A stretch of DNA of 63,809 bases, the filler included, from Octopus bimaculoides (taxonomy: Eukaryota), in the NCBI RefSeq assembly GCF_001194135.2. It is 5 parts of 5 records of this genome, joined end to end, with 100 filler letters (N's around TTAATTAATTAA, not from the genome) between each part and the next. Parts side by side here need not be neighbours in the genome. Positions count along the whole stretch, not along the records: positions 62,667 to 63,809 come from NW_026353525.1; 4 more parts are not named here. One strand, given 5' to 3'. Below the pieces are notes generated by a model. That model ran no database searches, was not told the origin of the DNA, and worked only from the letters and a program-made list of their open reading frames with translations. Of the stretch, positions 63,786 through 63,809 are shown in pieces (positions within the stretch are counted from its first letter, which is position 1; every line of letters starts with the position of its first letter). The translations under genes were made by a program, and so were the position numbers.

Positions 63786-63809
63786 AAGAAGAAGAAGAAG
63801 CAGAAGAAG
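62667..63809. repeat. Long (AAG)n/(AAT)n/(GAC)n purine-rich microsatellite field
   Basis: Directly visible. Confidence 0.95.

Noticed and set aside
60369-63809. Poly-Thr, poly-His, poly-Arg/Glu and poly-Ser ORFs suggesting mucin or acidic proteins
   Set aside because: These are pure trinucleotide microsatellites with interspersed stops, no splice context and no complex sequence.

Overview
Eukaryotic, AT-rich, gappy draft-assembly DNA (about 8 kb of N by hand tally, including four artificial 44N-TTAATTAATTAA-44N joins). It is saturated with microsatellites and three tRNA-derived SINE families that I recall from Octopus genomes; the taxon is recognition, not a database result. I find no intact protein-coding gene, rRNA, tRNA or CRISPR array, and every long ORF in the track is an N-run or microsatellite artefact. 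Well-supported features are decayed transposons: a Penelope-like RT/GIY-YIG fragment (6.7-7.8 kb), three R4/Dong-type REL-LINE pieces (7.9-8.5, 56.4-57.2 and 58.5-59.8 kb, the last bracketed by (TAA)n), a full-length dead mariner with TIRs (42.9-44.2 kb), a second mariner fragment (31.1-31.5 kb), and more than 25 SINE copies, some in tandem arrays, dimers and inverted pairs. The most intriguing but least certain signal is a chain of splice-site-bounded, mostly phase-1, stop- and frameshift-riddled exon remnants. They read as C2-like + DSL + EGF modules (17.9-24.3 kb) and C-type-lectin-like modules (4.9, 13-15, 35-42 kb). They may be a cluster of dead mosaic Notch-ligand-like/lectin genes and need HMM/tblastn confirmation.
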